A DNA stretch of 64,000 nt from Candidatus Zixiibacteriota bacterium (GTDB lineage Bacteria; Zixibacteria; MSB-5A5; SM23-73-2), in contig JAUWYR010000008.1 in the NCBI GenBank assembly GCA_030615745.1, forward strand, positions 762-64,761. The letters run 5' to 3'. Under the pieces are notes generated by a model that saw nothing but the letters and a program-made list of their open reading frames with translations, was not told the DNA's origin and ran no database searches. Shown here in pieces: positions 10,928-19,777 of this stretch; the stretch's first letter is position 1, and the number at the start of each line of letters is the position of its first letter. Made by a program: the position numbers and the translations under genes.

Positions 10928-10981
10928 AAAAAAGCCACCCCAAACTTCACTTGATCCTCCCTCAAGCAAGTTCAGAATGGC
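10928..10981 (-). terminator. Long hairpin plus U6 tract (terminator, attenuator or sRNA 3' end)
   Basis: GCCAUUCUGAACUU-GCUUGA / UCAAGU-G-AAGUUUGGGGUGGC-UUUUUU; the G-U wobbles pair only on the minus strand. Confidence 0.6.
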
Positions 10982-11015
10982 ATTTTCCAAGGTGTCGAAT
11001 ATTCAAGTTTTTATA

Positions 11016-11045
11016 ATTATAAGACAATAGCTTTTAGTTTGTCAA
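11016..11045 (-). promoter_or_regulatory. Consensus sigma70 promoter
   Basis: TTGACA-N18-TATAAT on the minus strand. Confidence 0.6.
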
Positions 11046-11205
11046 GTAAAATCTTAAGAAAAATCAACATTAAATTTATCGATAAGAGTTTGAAGGAATG
11101 AAAGCCTGATGATTTAAACCCAGAAAAAATCCTTTTGCCTCTTAGGATCTCGAGGGAAGCGCTGAAAGGTAAACACCACACAAAAAAAATTTATTTAACC
11201 GGGTT

Positions 11206-12071
11206 TCACTTTATCGCCCCAACCGGACAAATGTTTTTGCAGTTGTCACACAAGATGCACTCAGTGGAGGTGATTTTTTTACCCTCTTTAATATATTTCA
11301 TCGGATTCACATCCATAGGACAGTTTTTATCGCAGAGTTTGCATTCGATACATTCTTTTTTAGAAGGTTCCATCCTGAGTAATGCTATGCTCGAAGGAAC
11401 TTTCATCACTAAAGAGACCGGACAGATGATTTTGCAAAAGGCTCTTTTCTTTTTAAAAATGAAAGCTAAAGGAATGGCTAAAACATAATAGATTCCATTT
11501 CCAACCAGAAACCAAATGAGTTGATCATACTTACCTAAATTTTCATAAATGTGAGTGTGCATAAAATCGTAACCTTTTGCTATGAAGATGTAAGGAATCA
11601 AAATAGAAATGGCAAAAACAGGAAATCGAATAAATGTATATTTTTTTGGAACAGGTTTATTTTCAGCAATAGGCAACCAGTCTAAAAAAGCAGCAGTCCA
11701 GCAAGCCCATCCACAAAAACCTCTCCCGAAAAAAATGGGTCCAAAGACTTTTGCTATGGCATAATGAATCAAAACACGGGTGATGATTCCAGAAGCAATA
11801 TAAAATACAGTCTCTTCAAGTTATAGATTCTCCCTTTGAAAAACACCAACAAAAATCAAAAGAAGCAAACCAATTGCTAAAATAGAGATTTTTCTGCCAA
11901 GATCTTTTTCTCTCCCTTTTTTCGAATCTGAGATAAAAATTCCAGAAGAGATCCACCCACCGATCCAGAGAAAGATTATCCAGAAACCATACCACCCGCT
12001 TAAAAGATATAAAAGCAAAGAAACAAGAAAACCTATAAAAAAGGAATAAGATTTAATATAATTTTTTTCAT
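11206..12071 (-). pseudogene. Membrane 4Fe-4S binding protein (NapH/MauN-like) with a nonsense codon and a frameshift
   Basis: GRGFCGWAC, AFCKIICP and two CxxCxxCxxxCP motifs; in-frame TAA at 11821-11823; the frame from ATG 12071 is broken at the 6-A run 12037-12042. Confidence 0.75.
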
Positions 12072-12145
12072 AATTTCTCTATTATCAACATAATCATTTT
12101 CTGAGTTTATACGAGGAGGGATTTCTTTTTGTTCTAAAAGATTTT

Positions 12146-12925
12146 TCAGCCGTGCACAAAATCGCCCACTCTTCTCATCCATTCAAGTTCTTCTGGATTC
12201 ATAAGTCCTTTATCCAAAGTTAAAAGCGCCTCTCGCATCTGTTCTGGGTTTTTAGGACCAGTAATGCACACATGCACGGATGGATGGGATAGACAAAAGC
12301 GGTGACAGTCACTTGACTTTGGAACTTTTTCTTCTTTTGGAATTTTTCTTTTTTTCAAAAGCCGACCATGCTTGGTCGCATTAAAAACTACTATCCCTGG
12401 ACCATTTTCCTTTGGCAGGTAAGGGAAAACCTCTTTTTCAGCTCCCCGGTGGGCTGCACTGTAACGAATGTGAAAGATATCGAAGATTTTCTCTTTCTCC
12501 AAAATCGGAAATAAAGACCTGTTATGAGAGGAGATTCCAAGGAATCGGATTAAACCTTTCTCTTTTAAGTCCAGGGTTTTATCTATTATCTTTTGCGAAG
12601 GTCTTTTATTGAAATAACCTAATAATAAAACATCAATGTAATCTAATTTAAGTGATTTAAGCCCCCTTTCTAAAAACCACTGTAAAAGAGAAGACACCCG
12701 CGGAAAATACTGAAGAACAACGACTATCTTTTCCCTGTCTTTTTTAGCTAAATTGCGAATAGCCTTTCCCATCCCTTTTCTGCGAAGCGCTCCCCAATAA
12801 AAATAATTTACCCCACGCTCATACGCCTCCTCAATAGCTTCTTTCGGAACACCGTAGCTTGAACCAATTCCCAGCCTGCCCACTTTTAATCCTGTTCTTC
12901 CAAGTATGATTGGTTTAAATGACAT
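12146..12925 (-). CDS. Aldo/keto reductase family protein
   Basis: LGRTGLKVGRLGIG, LKLDYIDVLLLG, GLIRFLGISSHNR; start placed at ATG 12925. Confidence 0.85.
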   Translation of the reverse strand: MSFKPIILGRTGLKVGRLGIGSSYGVPKEAIEEAYERGVNYFYWGALRRKGMGKAIRNLAKKDREKIVVVLQYFPRVSSLLQWFLERGLKSLKLDYIDVLLLGYFNKRPSQKIIDKTLDLKEKGLIRFLGISSHNRSLFPILEKEKIFDIFHIRYSAAHRGAEKEVFPYLPKENGPGIVVFNATKHGRLLKKRKIPKEEKVPKSSDCHRFCLSHPSVHVCITGPKNPEQMREALLTLDKGLMNPEELEWMRRVGDFVHG

Positions 12926-12956
12926 TTTCTTTAATAGACTAAAATACGAAAAGTTT

Positions 12957-14162
12957 TTAGATTTTCTGCATTTCTTGAATAAGAAGCGAAGCGACCTTCT
13001 GTGCACCATTAATCTCATACTTTCCAAAGCCATTTTTTGTCATCTCCAATAACTTATTTTCATCTCTTAATTTTAAGATGATATCTCCGAGTTTTTTAGA
13101 ATCATCTTTTGTCTTTAAGGGATAAACAACTCCATTTTTTTGTGCGAACTCGAAATTTTGTGGTGCAAATGTTCCAATCAAAGGGAAAAGAGCAAAAAAA
13201 GGCAATCCCAATCCAACTGCCCAATTGGTCCTTTCATGTGGTGCGGCAACAAAAGCATCCAGATAAGGCATCAACTCTATCGTCCTTTTTGTCTCAGAGG
13301 TTCTATCTTTTTCTTTGGTCAATAAAAGCTCCCAATTTTTATTTTCTATTAAATCATCTTTTTCATCCCCAACAAATTTTATATTCAATTTTTTCACCTC
13401 ATCCTCTATTTTTTTATATTTTCTCTGATTAGCTCCCAAGAAGATAATTGCTCGCATATTCTTCTGAATAACCGATTTTGTTCCCAAAATTATCTTTTCA
13501 ATATGTCTGGGAGGATAAGCACCTGAGGTGAAAAATCCGATGGTCAGACTCTTTTTAGATTTGACCCTTTCGACTCTTTGATTAAAAGAGTCTTTTGCAT
13601 CCTCTAAAGCTTCAGGCTCTATCAAAAGTCCGGTGATCACAATAGTTTCAGGGTCAGCACCAAAGTTAACAAGTTTATCTTTGGTCTCCTTTAAAGGAAC
13701 AAAGATTTTTTCAACCCCTTTTATCGCACACTCCTTTGGAGCTGAGATCTCCCCATGCAAATACCAAACTCTACAGACCTCAGAAAGTATAGTTGCTGTG
13801 AGAGGATGGGCAACCAAACATACTCCCTTAAATTTTTCGAAACTTCTTTTTATATTTTGACCGAGTATTTTTAAAAAAAATGAATCCTTTGATAACCCCT
13901 TCTTTTTTCCACGAAAAAAATTATAAAATTTTGTAGCAAGTCCACCTTTTCCACCTAAAAAATATAATCTTTTAACTAAATTCCACCCTACCTTTGATAA
14001 CCCCTTGGACTGGTCAAATACATTTAGAAAAGGGGAAACTACTTTCTTCTTTGAGCACTCTTTTTGCATAAGCCGAAAAATGCTATCTAAATAATTAGGA
14101 TGCCCTCTGCCGATCTCTGTTGAGAGAAAAACTATTTGGGGTAATTTATTTGTTTTTGACAT
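12957..14162 (-). CDS. Hypothetical protein with GT-B glycosyltransferase-like features
   Basis: N-terminal IGRGHP, VAHPL, ITGLLIEP and C-terminal INGA resemble MGDG synthase/MurG-like folds. Confidence 0.45.
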   Translation of the reverse strand: MSKTNKLPQIVFLSTEIGRGHPNYLDSIFRLMQKECSKKKVVSPFLNVFDQSKGLSKVGWNLVKRLYFLGGKGGLATKFYNFFRGKKKGLSKDSFFLKILGQNIKRSFEKFKGVCLVAHPLTATILSEVCRVWYLHGEISAPKECAIKGVEKIFVPLKETKDKLVNFGADPETIVITGLLIEPEALEDAKDSFNQRVERVKSKKSLTIGFFTSGAYPPRHIEKIILGTKSVIQKNMRAIIFLGANQRKYKKIEDEVKKLNIKFVGDEKDDLIENKNWELLLTKEKDRTSETKRTIELMPYLDAFVAAPHERTNWAVGLGLPFFALFPLIGTFAPQNFEFAQKNGVVYPLKTKDDSKKLGDIILKLRDENKLLEMTKNGFGKYEINGAQKVASLLIQEMQKI

Positions 14163-14328
14163 ATTCTATGAATTCTTCGGATATAAATTGAAAAATAGAA
14201 TAGAACAAAAAAGAACAATGTCAAGTGGTATTTGAGCTTTTAAAATGAAGTTTGTAAAGACAAAACTTTTATTCTTTTATTTTAATTTTTCTTGCTTTTG
14301 AAGTGTTTGCAATATATTTTCATTCTCT

Positions 14329-15468
14329 ATGTCTCAAATTCTTTTTATCTTAATCTTGGTTATCTGCTTTTTCTGCTGTGGACAATTTTATTTCGTCTTA
14401 AGAGCCTTAAAAATAGATATTAACAAAGAACCTAAAGGCATTGACTTTACCCCACCTGTGTCAATACTTAAGCCTCTTAGAGATATAGATCCTGAGTTAT
14501 ACGAAAATCTTTTAGCCTTTTGCCAGCTCGACTATCCATCCTATGAGATCATTTTCTGTTTTAAAGATAGTTCAGACCCTGCTTTTGAAATAGTTAATAG
14601 ATTGAAAAAAGAAAATTATGATATTCCAATAAAGATTGTTGTGGACCCAAAATTTTATGGTTTCAATCCAAAGGTGGATAATTTGGTCGCTGGTTTAAAT
14701 GTTTGTGAAAACGATTTGATTCTGATATCTGATGGTGATATAAGACCACACAGATCTTATCTAAAAGAGATTGTTCCCTTTTTTAAAGACCCCAAAGTTG
14801 GATTGGTGAACAATCTAATTAAGGGTGATGGCAACCTTTCTTTTGGCGCAATTTTTGAAAATCTCCATCTCAACATATTTATTATCGGCGCTGTCTGTTT
14901 AACCAAATATGCTTTCGGTCACCCTGCAGTTATTGGTAAATCGATGCTTTTGAAAAAATCTGACCTTGAAAAGATAGGCGGTATTTTAGCATTTAAAGAT
15001 TATCTGGCAGAGGACTATCTTATCGGAAGAAAACTTCAGAAAATGGGGAAAAAGGTGATAATATCAAATCGAATGATTACCACCATCAACCACTCCCGCC
15101 CCTTTCCCAAGTTCTGGAACCGCCACCTCCGCTGGGCGAAGATACGTTCCCGTCTTCATGTACCTGCTTATTTTTCAGAGCTTTTGTTAAATCCTATATT
15201 TTTCAGCCTTATATTTTTATTCACCTCCTTTTTTTCCAAAAGTGCATTTCATTTATTTTTGATAGTTGTAATTTTCAAAACGGTTTTAGATGCGGCTCAG
15301 GGAAAGATGGTGAACAGAAAAATAAACATTTTGACCTATCTTTTTGTTCCTTTAAAGGATTTGCTTTTCGTTATAATATGGGCAACTCCTTTTTTCAAAA
15401 GGGAAGTATCCTGGCGAAAGCAAAAACTGAGAATAAAAAGACAAACTGAGCTTGTCTCTATCGACTAA
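14329..15468 (+). CDS. Ceramide glucosyltransferase-like GT21/GT2 (HpnI-like)
   Basis: VSILKPL, NPKVDNL, ISDGD, LAEDY, RHLRW motifs; N- and C-terminal TM helices. Confidence 0.85.
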   Translation: MSQILFILILVICFFCCGQFYFVLRALKIDINKEPKGIDFTPPVSILKPLRDIDPELYENLLAFCQLDYPSYEIIFCFKDSSDPAFEIVNRLKKENYDIPIKIVVDPKFYGFNPKVDNLVAGLNVCENDLILISDGDIRPHRSYLKEIVPFFKDPKVGLVNNLIKGDGNLSFGAIFENLHLNIFIIGAVCLTKYAFGHPAVIGKSMLLKKSDLEKIGGILAFKDYLAEDYLIGRKLQKMGKKVIISNRMITTINHSRPFPKFWNRHLRWAKIRSRLHVPAYFSELLLNPIFFSLIFLFTSFFSKSAFHLFLIVVIFKTVLDAAQGKMVNRKINILTYLFVPLKDLLFVIIWATPFFKREVSWRKQKLRIKRQTELVSID

Positions 15469-15480
15469 ATATCTTCCTCT

Positions 15481-15727
15481 GGAGTGTAAATCTTTCCTGG
15501 CCGGACAGGCAGGTTTACCATTTTCTCCTTTTAAGGGTAGCTCACCTTCCCCGCAAGTTAAATTTGGAGTGTCAACCTTTAGGTTGACTTTTTATCATTT
15601 CAAGAGTAACCCCACCTTGCCCTCAAGGTAGGTTTAGAGTTCATTTTTGGTAGCCGCAACCTTCCCTGGCCGGGCAGGCAGGTTGTGATACTGTAACAGC
15701 ACACCTTGAGACAAGGTATGCTACCCA
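15481..15727. repeat. Cluster of REP-like palindromes, some with nested inserts
   Basis: GGAGTGTAAA..TTTAC, GGAGTGTCAACCTTTAGGTTGAC, GTAGCCGCAACC..GGTTGTG, CCTGGCCGG(A/G)CAGGCAGG twice. Confidence 0.7.
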
Positions 15728-15736
15728 GTAAAAAAC

Positions 15737-15767
15737 CTATTATCTACAACCTATCACCTATAACCTA
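15737..15767. repeat. Heptamer array (CTA-starting units) ending at the rpiB stop codon
   Basis: ctattat ctacaac ctatcac ctataac cta. Confidence 0.7.
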
Positions 15768-16205
15768 CTTTCCTTCGTATTCTTTTATCTTTTCCACCCT
15801 CGGAATATGCCTCCCTCCCTCAAACTCCGCTTCAAGCCAGGTATCGACGATTTCAAGTAGTTGTTCTTCTGGTGTAAACTTTGATGAAATACACAAGACA
15901 TTGGAATCATTGTGAGCTCTGGTTATCTGTGCCGCCTCTTTGGTCAAACAAGATGCAGCTCTTATTCCCTTAACCTTATTTGCTACGATGCACATTCCTA
16001 TTCCGGTCCAGCAGAACAAAATCCCACGGTCGAATTCCCTTTTTGCAACTGCTTCTGAGACTTTCAAGCCGAAATCTGGATAATCGACACTTTCTTTTGA
16101 ATCTGTTCCAAAATCTGTTATAGTGTGTCCTTTTTCCTTTAGATATTTTTTAACCTTTTCTTTGAATTCAAATCCTCGGTGATCTGCACCTAATGCTATT
16201 TTCAT
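15765..16205 (-). CDS. rpiB: Ribose-5-phosphate isomerase B
   Basis: GADHRG, VDYPDF, CWTGIG, ANKVKGIRAA, RAHNDSNVL, FEGGRH. Confidence 0.95.
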   Translation of the reverse strand: MKIALGADHRGFEFKEKVKKYLKEKGHTITDFGTDSKESVDYPDFGLKVSEAVAKREFDRGILFCWTGIGMCIVANKVKGIRAASCLTKEAAQITRAHNDSNVLCISSKFTPEEQLLEIVDTWLEAEFEGGRHIPRVEKIKEYEGK

Positions 16206-16288
16206 TTTTCCCCTTTCTCTTATTTACATTTGCGAGGCTAAAAGCCTCGCCTATCCTTGATGTCGAGTTTAGAAACTCGACCTACTCT

Positions 16289-16337
16289 CTTGACCCTTGC
16301 ATCTTGTCCCTTGCCCCTTGCAACTTGACCCTTGCCC
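16289..16337. repeat. Heptamer array (CTTGnnn x7)
   Basis: cttgacc cttgcat cttgtcc cttgccc cttgcaa cttgacc cttgccc. Confidence 0.85.
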
Positions 16338-16362
16338 CTATCCTACCTACTCAATCCCATCT

Positions 16363-17265
16363 TCAACACACCACTGCTCCCAAAGCCATTGAATAAAGCT
16401 TCATCTTTTCTGTATCTGCTCTGGATAATAAAACAATGGGTGCTCCACCACCAACAACTATACCTCCTACCTTTGCACCAGCTAAATAGATCAAAGCCTT
16501 AACCATTATGTTGCCTGAGGCAATGTCAGGAACCAAAAATATATCCGTATCTCCGGAAACCTCTGACTCAATCCCTTTCATCTGAGCGGATTTTTTATCA
16601 ATAGCGATATCAAATGCAACTGGTCCATCAACTACAACCTCCCCTAAATCCCCCCTTTCAGCCATTTTAGTAATAACTGAAGCATCGATCGTCTCCTGCA
16701 TATCAGGATTAACTGTCTCCACTGCGGTTAAGCAGGAGACTTTCGGTTTTTGAATCCCCAAATTCTTTGCGACAAAAACTGCATTTTTAAGTATCTCTAT
16801 TTTAGCTGAAACATCAGGTCTTATGTTCATACCCCCATCGGTCACCAGCAAAAATTTAGGATATTTTTCAATCTCAACCACTGCTACATGAGATAATAAT
16901 TTTCCGGTTCTTAATCCTTTTTCCTTATCTAAGACAGCTTTAAGCAAAAAAGATGTTGAAACCTTTCCCTTCATCAAAAAATCAGCTTTTTTTTCTTTTA
17001 CAAGCTGCACAGCTAACCGGGATGTCTTACTTTTATCTTTTTCATCTAAAATCTCAGCTTTAGTTAAATCAAAACCCTCTTCTTTGCAAATATTTTCAAT
17101 CTTTTGTTTATCTCCAACAAATATCGGTGATAATATACCCTGATCTGTTGCTATCTTAGCAGCTTGAATAATTTCGGTCCCTTCAGCAGAAGCAATTGCC
17201 AAAATCTTTTTTTCCTTCTTTTTGACTGATTCTAAAAGTTCATCGAAACTTCTTATTTCATCCAT
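16363..17265 (-). CDS. ptb: Phosphate butyryltransferase / branched-chain phosphotransacylase
   Basis: LMKG, LLSHV, TDGGMNIRP, DGPVAFDIA, SRAD. Confidence 0.9.
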   Translation of the reverse strand: MDEIRSFDELLESVKKKEKKILAIASAEGTEIIQAAKIATDQGILSPIFVGDKQKIENICKEEGFDLTKAEILDEKDKSKTSRLAVQLVKEKKADFLMKGKVSTSFLLKAVLDKEKGLRTGKLLSHVAVVEIEKYPKFLLVTDGGMNIRPDVSAKIEILKNAVFVAKNLGIQKPKVSCLTAVETVNPDMQETIDASVITKMAERGDLGEVVVDGPVAFDIAIDKKSAQMKGIESEVSGDTDIFLVPDIASGNIMVKALIYLAGAKVGGIVVGGGAPIVLLSRADTEKMKLYSMALGAVVC

Positions 17266-17401
17266 CTGTTATACCTCTTTTTAACCAACAGCCGGGCAAG
17301 GTGCCTGACCTATGAAAATAATTTTTTTCTGACATTTTCGAGATAAGTAATAAACCTAAATGGTTCTTTATGATAGAAGACAAATTTTTTTTCTAATCAA
17401 T

Positions 17402-18325
17402 TCACTTCACATAGGTCAGCCAGTGATGTTTGTCCTCCTCTTCGCCGGAGACGATTTTGAAAAATCTTTCCTGAAGCTTAAAAGTTATTGGTCCTCTTTT
17501 GCCATTGCCAATAGTTATTCCATCGATTGAGTTTACCGGGGTGATCTCAGCAGCTGAGCCGGTGAAGAATACCTCATCCGCAATGTAAAGTGCTTCTCGT
17601 GGAATGTTCTCCTCTTTTACCTTTATCCCCATCTCAGAAGCAAAGGTGATGACTGTATTTCTGATAATTCCTGGAAGGATCGATGCTCCAAAAGGAGGGG
17701 TTATAAGTGCGCCATCTCTTACGATGAAAACATTTTCACCACTCCCCTCACTCACATATCCATATACATCCAAGGCTATCCCCTCAACATAGCCATGGGA
17801 TTTCGCCTCTAATTTTATCAATTGCGCATTCATATAGTTAGCTCCGGATTTAGCCATCGCTGGAAATGTATTAGGAGCCATCCTGTTCCAAGAGGAAACA
17901 CAAGCTGAGATTCCATTTTCTATCGCATCTTCTCCAAGATATTTTCCCCATCTCCATACCGCAATAGCCACATCCACCGGGCATCCGGTTGGATCAACTC
18001 CTAACTGCTCGTAACCTCGGTAAACAACAGGACGGATATAGCATTCATCCAACTTGTTTATCTTAATCAAATCCAAAGTGGCTTTATTTATCTGCTCTTT
18101 GGTAAAAGGAATCTCCATCCTGTAGATCTTGCAGGAGTTGAAAAGTCTGTCAGTATGTGCTTTGAGTCTGAAAATAGCTGGACCGTTTTTGGTATGATAA
18201 CACCTTATCCCCTCGAATAAGCTCGACCCATAATGAACCACATGTGAAAGGATATGGATTTTAGCATCATCCCAGTTAACAAGCTTTCCATTCATCCAAA
18301 TCTTCTCAACTTTTTCAAATGCCAT
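17402..18325 (-). CDS. ilvE: Branched-chain amino acid aminotransferase
   Basis: HYGSSLFEGIRCY, AKSGANY, EGSGENVF, LPGIIR, FFTGSAAEITP. Confidence 0.95.
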   Translation of the reverse strand: MAFEKVEKIWMNGKLVNWDDAKIHILSHVVHYGSSLFEGIRCYHTKNGPAIFRLKAHTDRLFNSCKIYRMEIPFTKEQINKATLDLIKINKLDECYIRPVVYRGYEQLGVDPTGCPVDVAIAVWRWGKYLGEDAIENGISACVSSWNRMAPNTFPAMAKSGANYMNAQLIKLEAKSHGYVEGIALDVYGYVSEGSGENVFIVRDGALITPPFGASILPGIIRNTVITFASEMGIKVKEENIPREALYIADEVFFTGSAAEITPVNSIDGITIGNGKRGPITFKLQERFFKIVSGEEEDKHHWLTYVK

Positions 18326-18341
18326 AACATCTCCTTTTTGT

Positions 18342-18376
18342 TAGGTTTTAGGTGGTAGGTGATAGGTTATAGGTTT
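18342..18376. repeat. Heptamer array TAGGTnn x5, inverted relative to the other arrays of this family
   Basis: taggttt taggtgg taggtga taggtta taggttt. Confidence 0.9.
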
Positions 18377-18403
18377 TTAACTTCATAGAAATTCTTTCAA
18401 GTC

Positions 18404-18787
18404 TTATTTGGAGGGTCTCAGTTTTTCTAAAGATCTTTCCAAGCCCTTTAACATCCTTCCGCATTCATTATATCCTTCAATATATTCTTTGTAAATTTTT
18501 TCAGGGAAATAATTTTTCTTATAAGCGATAGTTAAATGATGTTTGGTTTCTCTTAGCTCTCCTAATGCTCTATTTATTCCTTCTAAATAAATATTGAGAT
18601 GTTTGTTGTTCCAACCTTCAGCCAGATTTGCTGGAATTGAATTGGATGACCTTCTCAATTGTGAGCCTAACTCATGTAATTCGAATTTGGGGAGAGTTAA
18701 ACTAAGTTTGTGAACATTTAAATGTAGTTCACATAATTTTTTATAAACCTCTAAATCCTCAAAACTTTTAATTCTCTCTTTAACCAT
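18404..18787 (-). CDS. Four-helix bundle protein (23S rRNA intervening-sequence protein family)
   Basis: SFEDLEVY, LPKFELHELGSQLRRSSNSIPANLAEG, ALGELRET signature; alternative GTG start at 18793. Confidence 0.92.
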   Translation of the reverse strand: MVKERIKSFEDLEVYKKLCELHLNVHKLSLTLPKFELHELGSQLRRSSNSIPANLAEGWNNKHLNIYLEGINRALGELRETKHHLTIAYKKNYFPEKIYKEYIEGYNECGRMLKGLERSLEKLRPSK

Positions 18788-18789
18788 CC

Positions 18790-18845
18790 TCACCTACCAC
18801 CTATTACCTATTACCTATTACCCATCACCTACTACCTACTACCCC
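18790..18845. repeat. Heptamer array nnACCTA x8 overlapping the 3' end of the second ptb
   Basis: tcaccta ccaccta ttaccta ttaccta ttaccca tcaccta ctaccta ctacccc. Confidence 0.9.
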
Positions 18846-19724
18846 CAAAGCAATCGACATAAACTTGGTCTCAAAAGAATCCGCCCTTGAAGTCAAGACC
18901 ACTGGTGCTTTTGTGCCCAGGACTACTGCTGCGCATTTAGCATTTGCAAATTCTATCAAAGTTTTATAGACCATATTTCCTGCTTCTATATCAGGAGCAA
19001 GTAAAATATCAGCTTTTCCAGCAACAGGGGATTTAATCTTTTTGATCTGGGCTGACTTCTGTGAAACCGCATTATCAAGACCAAAAGGTCCATCCACAAA
19101 AGCACCTCTTATCTGACCCCTTTTAGCCATCATGGATAAACAAGCAGCATCCACAGTTTTTGGCATCTTTTCCGGATTTATCTTCTCAACTGCACAAATA
19201 CATAAAACTTTTGGATATGAAATTCCTAATCTGTAAGCAAAATCTACCGCATTTTGTATTATCTGTGCCTTTTCCATAAGATCTGGAGCAATGTTTATCG
19301 CTGGATCTGTAAGCAAAAGAAGTCTCGGATAATTCGGAATCTCAAAAACTGCAAGATGGCTTAAAAGCTTTCCAGTCCCAATACCTCTTTGTTTATCCAG
19401 TATCGCTTTTATAAAAGGAGCGGTTCCGACCAGTCCCTTCATCAAAAGATCAGCCTCATGATTATTTATCAAATCACAACAAATCTGCGAGGCATAAAGT
19501 TCATCCTTCTCATCTATTATTTTGTAATCATTTGAATTCGATTGTGCTTTTGACAGAAGATCTATGATTTTCCCTTTTTCTCCAACTAAGATTCCTTCAA
19601 TAACCTTTTCTTCTCTTGCCTGCTTTATAGCTAACAAAACCTCTAAATCCAAAGCATCTGCCACTGCAATTCTTTTTGGTCCGATATTCCTCGCTAAGTC
19701 CAAAATCTCTTTTAAAGTTTTCAT
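18825..19724 (-). CDS. ptb: Phosphate butyryltransferase, second paralog
   Basis: LMKGLV, LLSHL, TDPAINIAP, DGPFGLDNA, TSRAD. Confidence 0.9.
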   Translation of the reverse strand: MKTLKEILDLARNIGPKRIAVADALDLEVLLAIKQAREEKVIEGILVGEKGKIIDLLSKAQSNSNDYKIIDEKDELYASQICCDLINNHEADLLMKGLVGTAPFIKAILDKQRGIGTGKLLSHLAVFEIPNYPRLLLLTDPAINIAPDLMEKAQIIQNAVDFAYRLGISYPKVLCICAVEKINPEKMPKTVDAACLSMMAKRGQIRGAFVDGPFGLDNAVSQKSAQIKKIKSPVAGKADILLAPDIEAGNMVYKTLIEFANAKCAAVVLGTKAPVVLTSRADSFETKFMSIALGVVGSR

Positions 19725-19734
19725 GTCCCTTCGC

Positions 19735-19762
19735 TTGACAAATTAAAATAGTTCCGTATAAT
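19735..19762 (+). promoter_or_regulatory. Consensus sigma70 promoter of the opposite-strand gene
   Basis: TTGACA-N16-TATAAT followed by AGGAGG SD. Confidence 0.65.
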
Positions 19763-19777
19763 ATTAAAGGAGGCTTT

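Noticed and set aside
11821..11823. Selenocysteine or pyrrolysine recoding in the 4Fe-4S protein
   Set aside because: The stop is TAA rather than TGA or TAG, and a second lesion exists upstream.
12926..13033. N-terminal extension of the aldo/keto reductase in the ORF track
   Set aside because: It overlaps the upstream gene; family similarity begins at ATG 12925.
18404..18793. Diversity-generating retroelement (Avd-like protein)
   Set aside because: No reverse transcriptase and no template/variable repeat pair differing at adenines was seen in the window.
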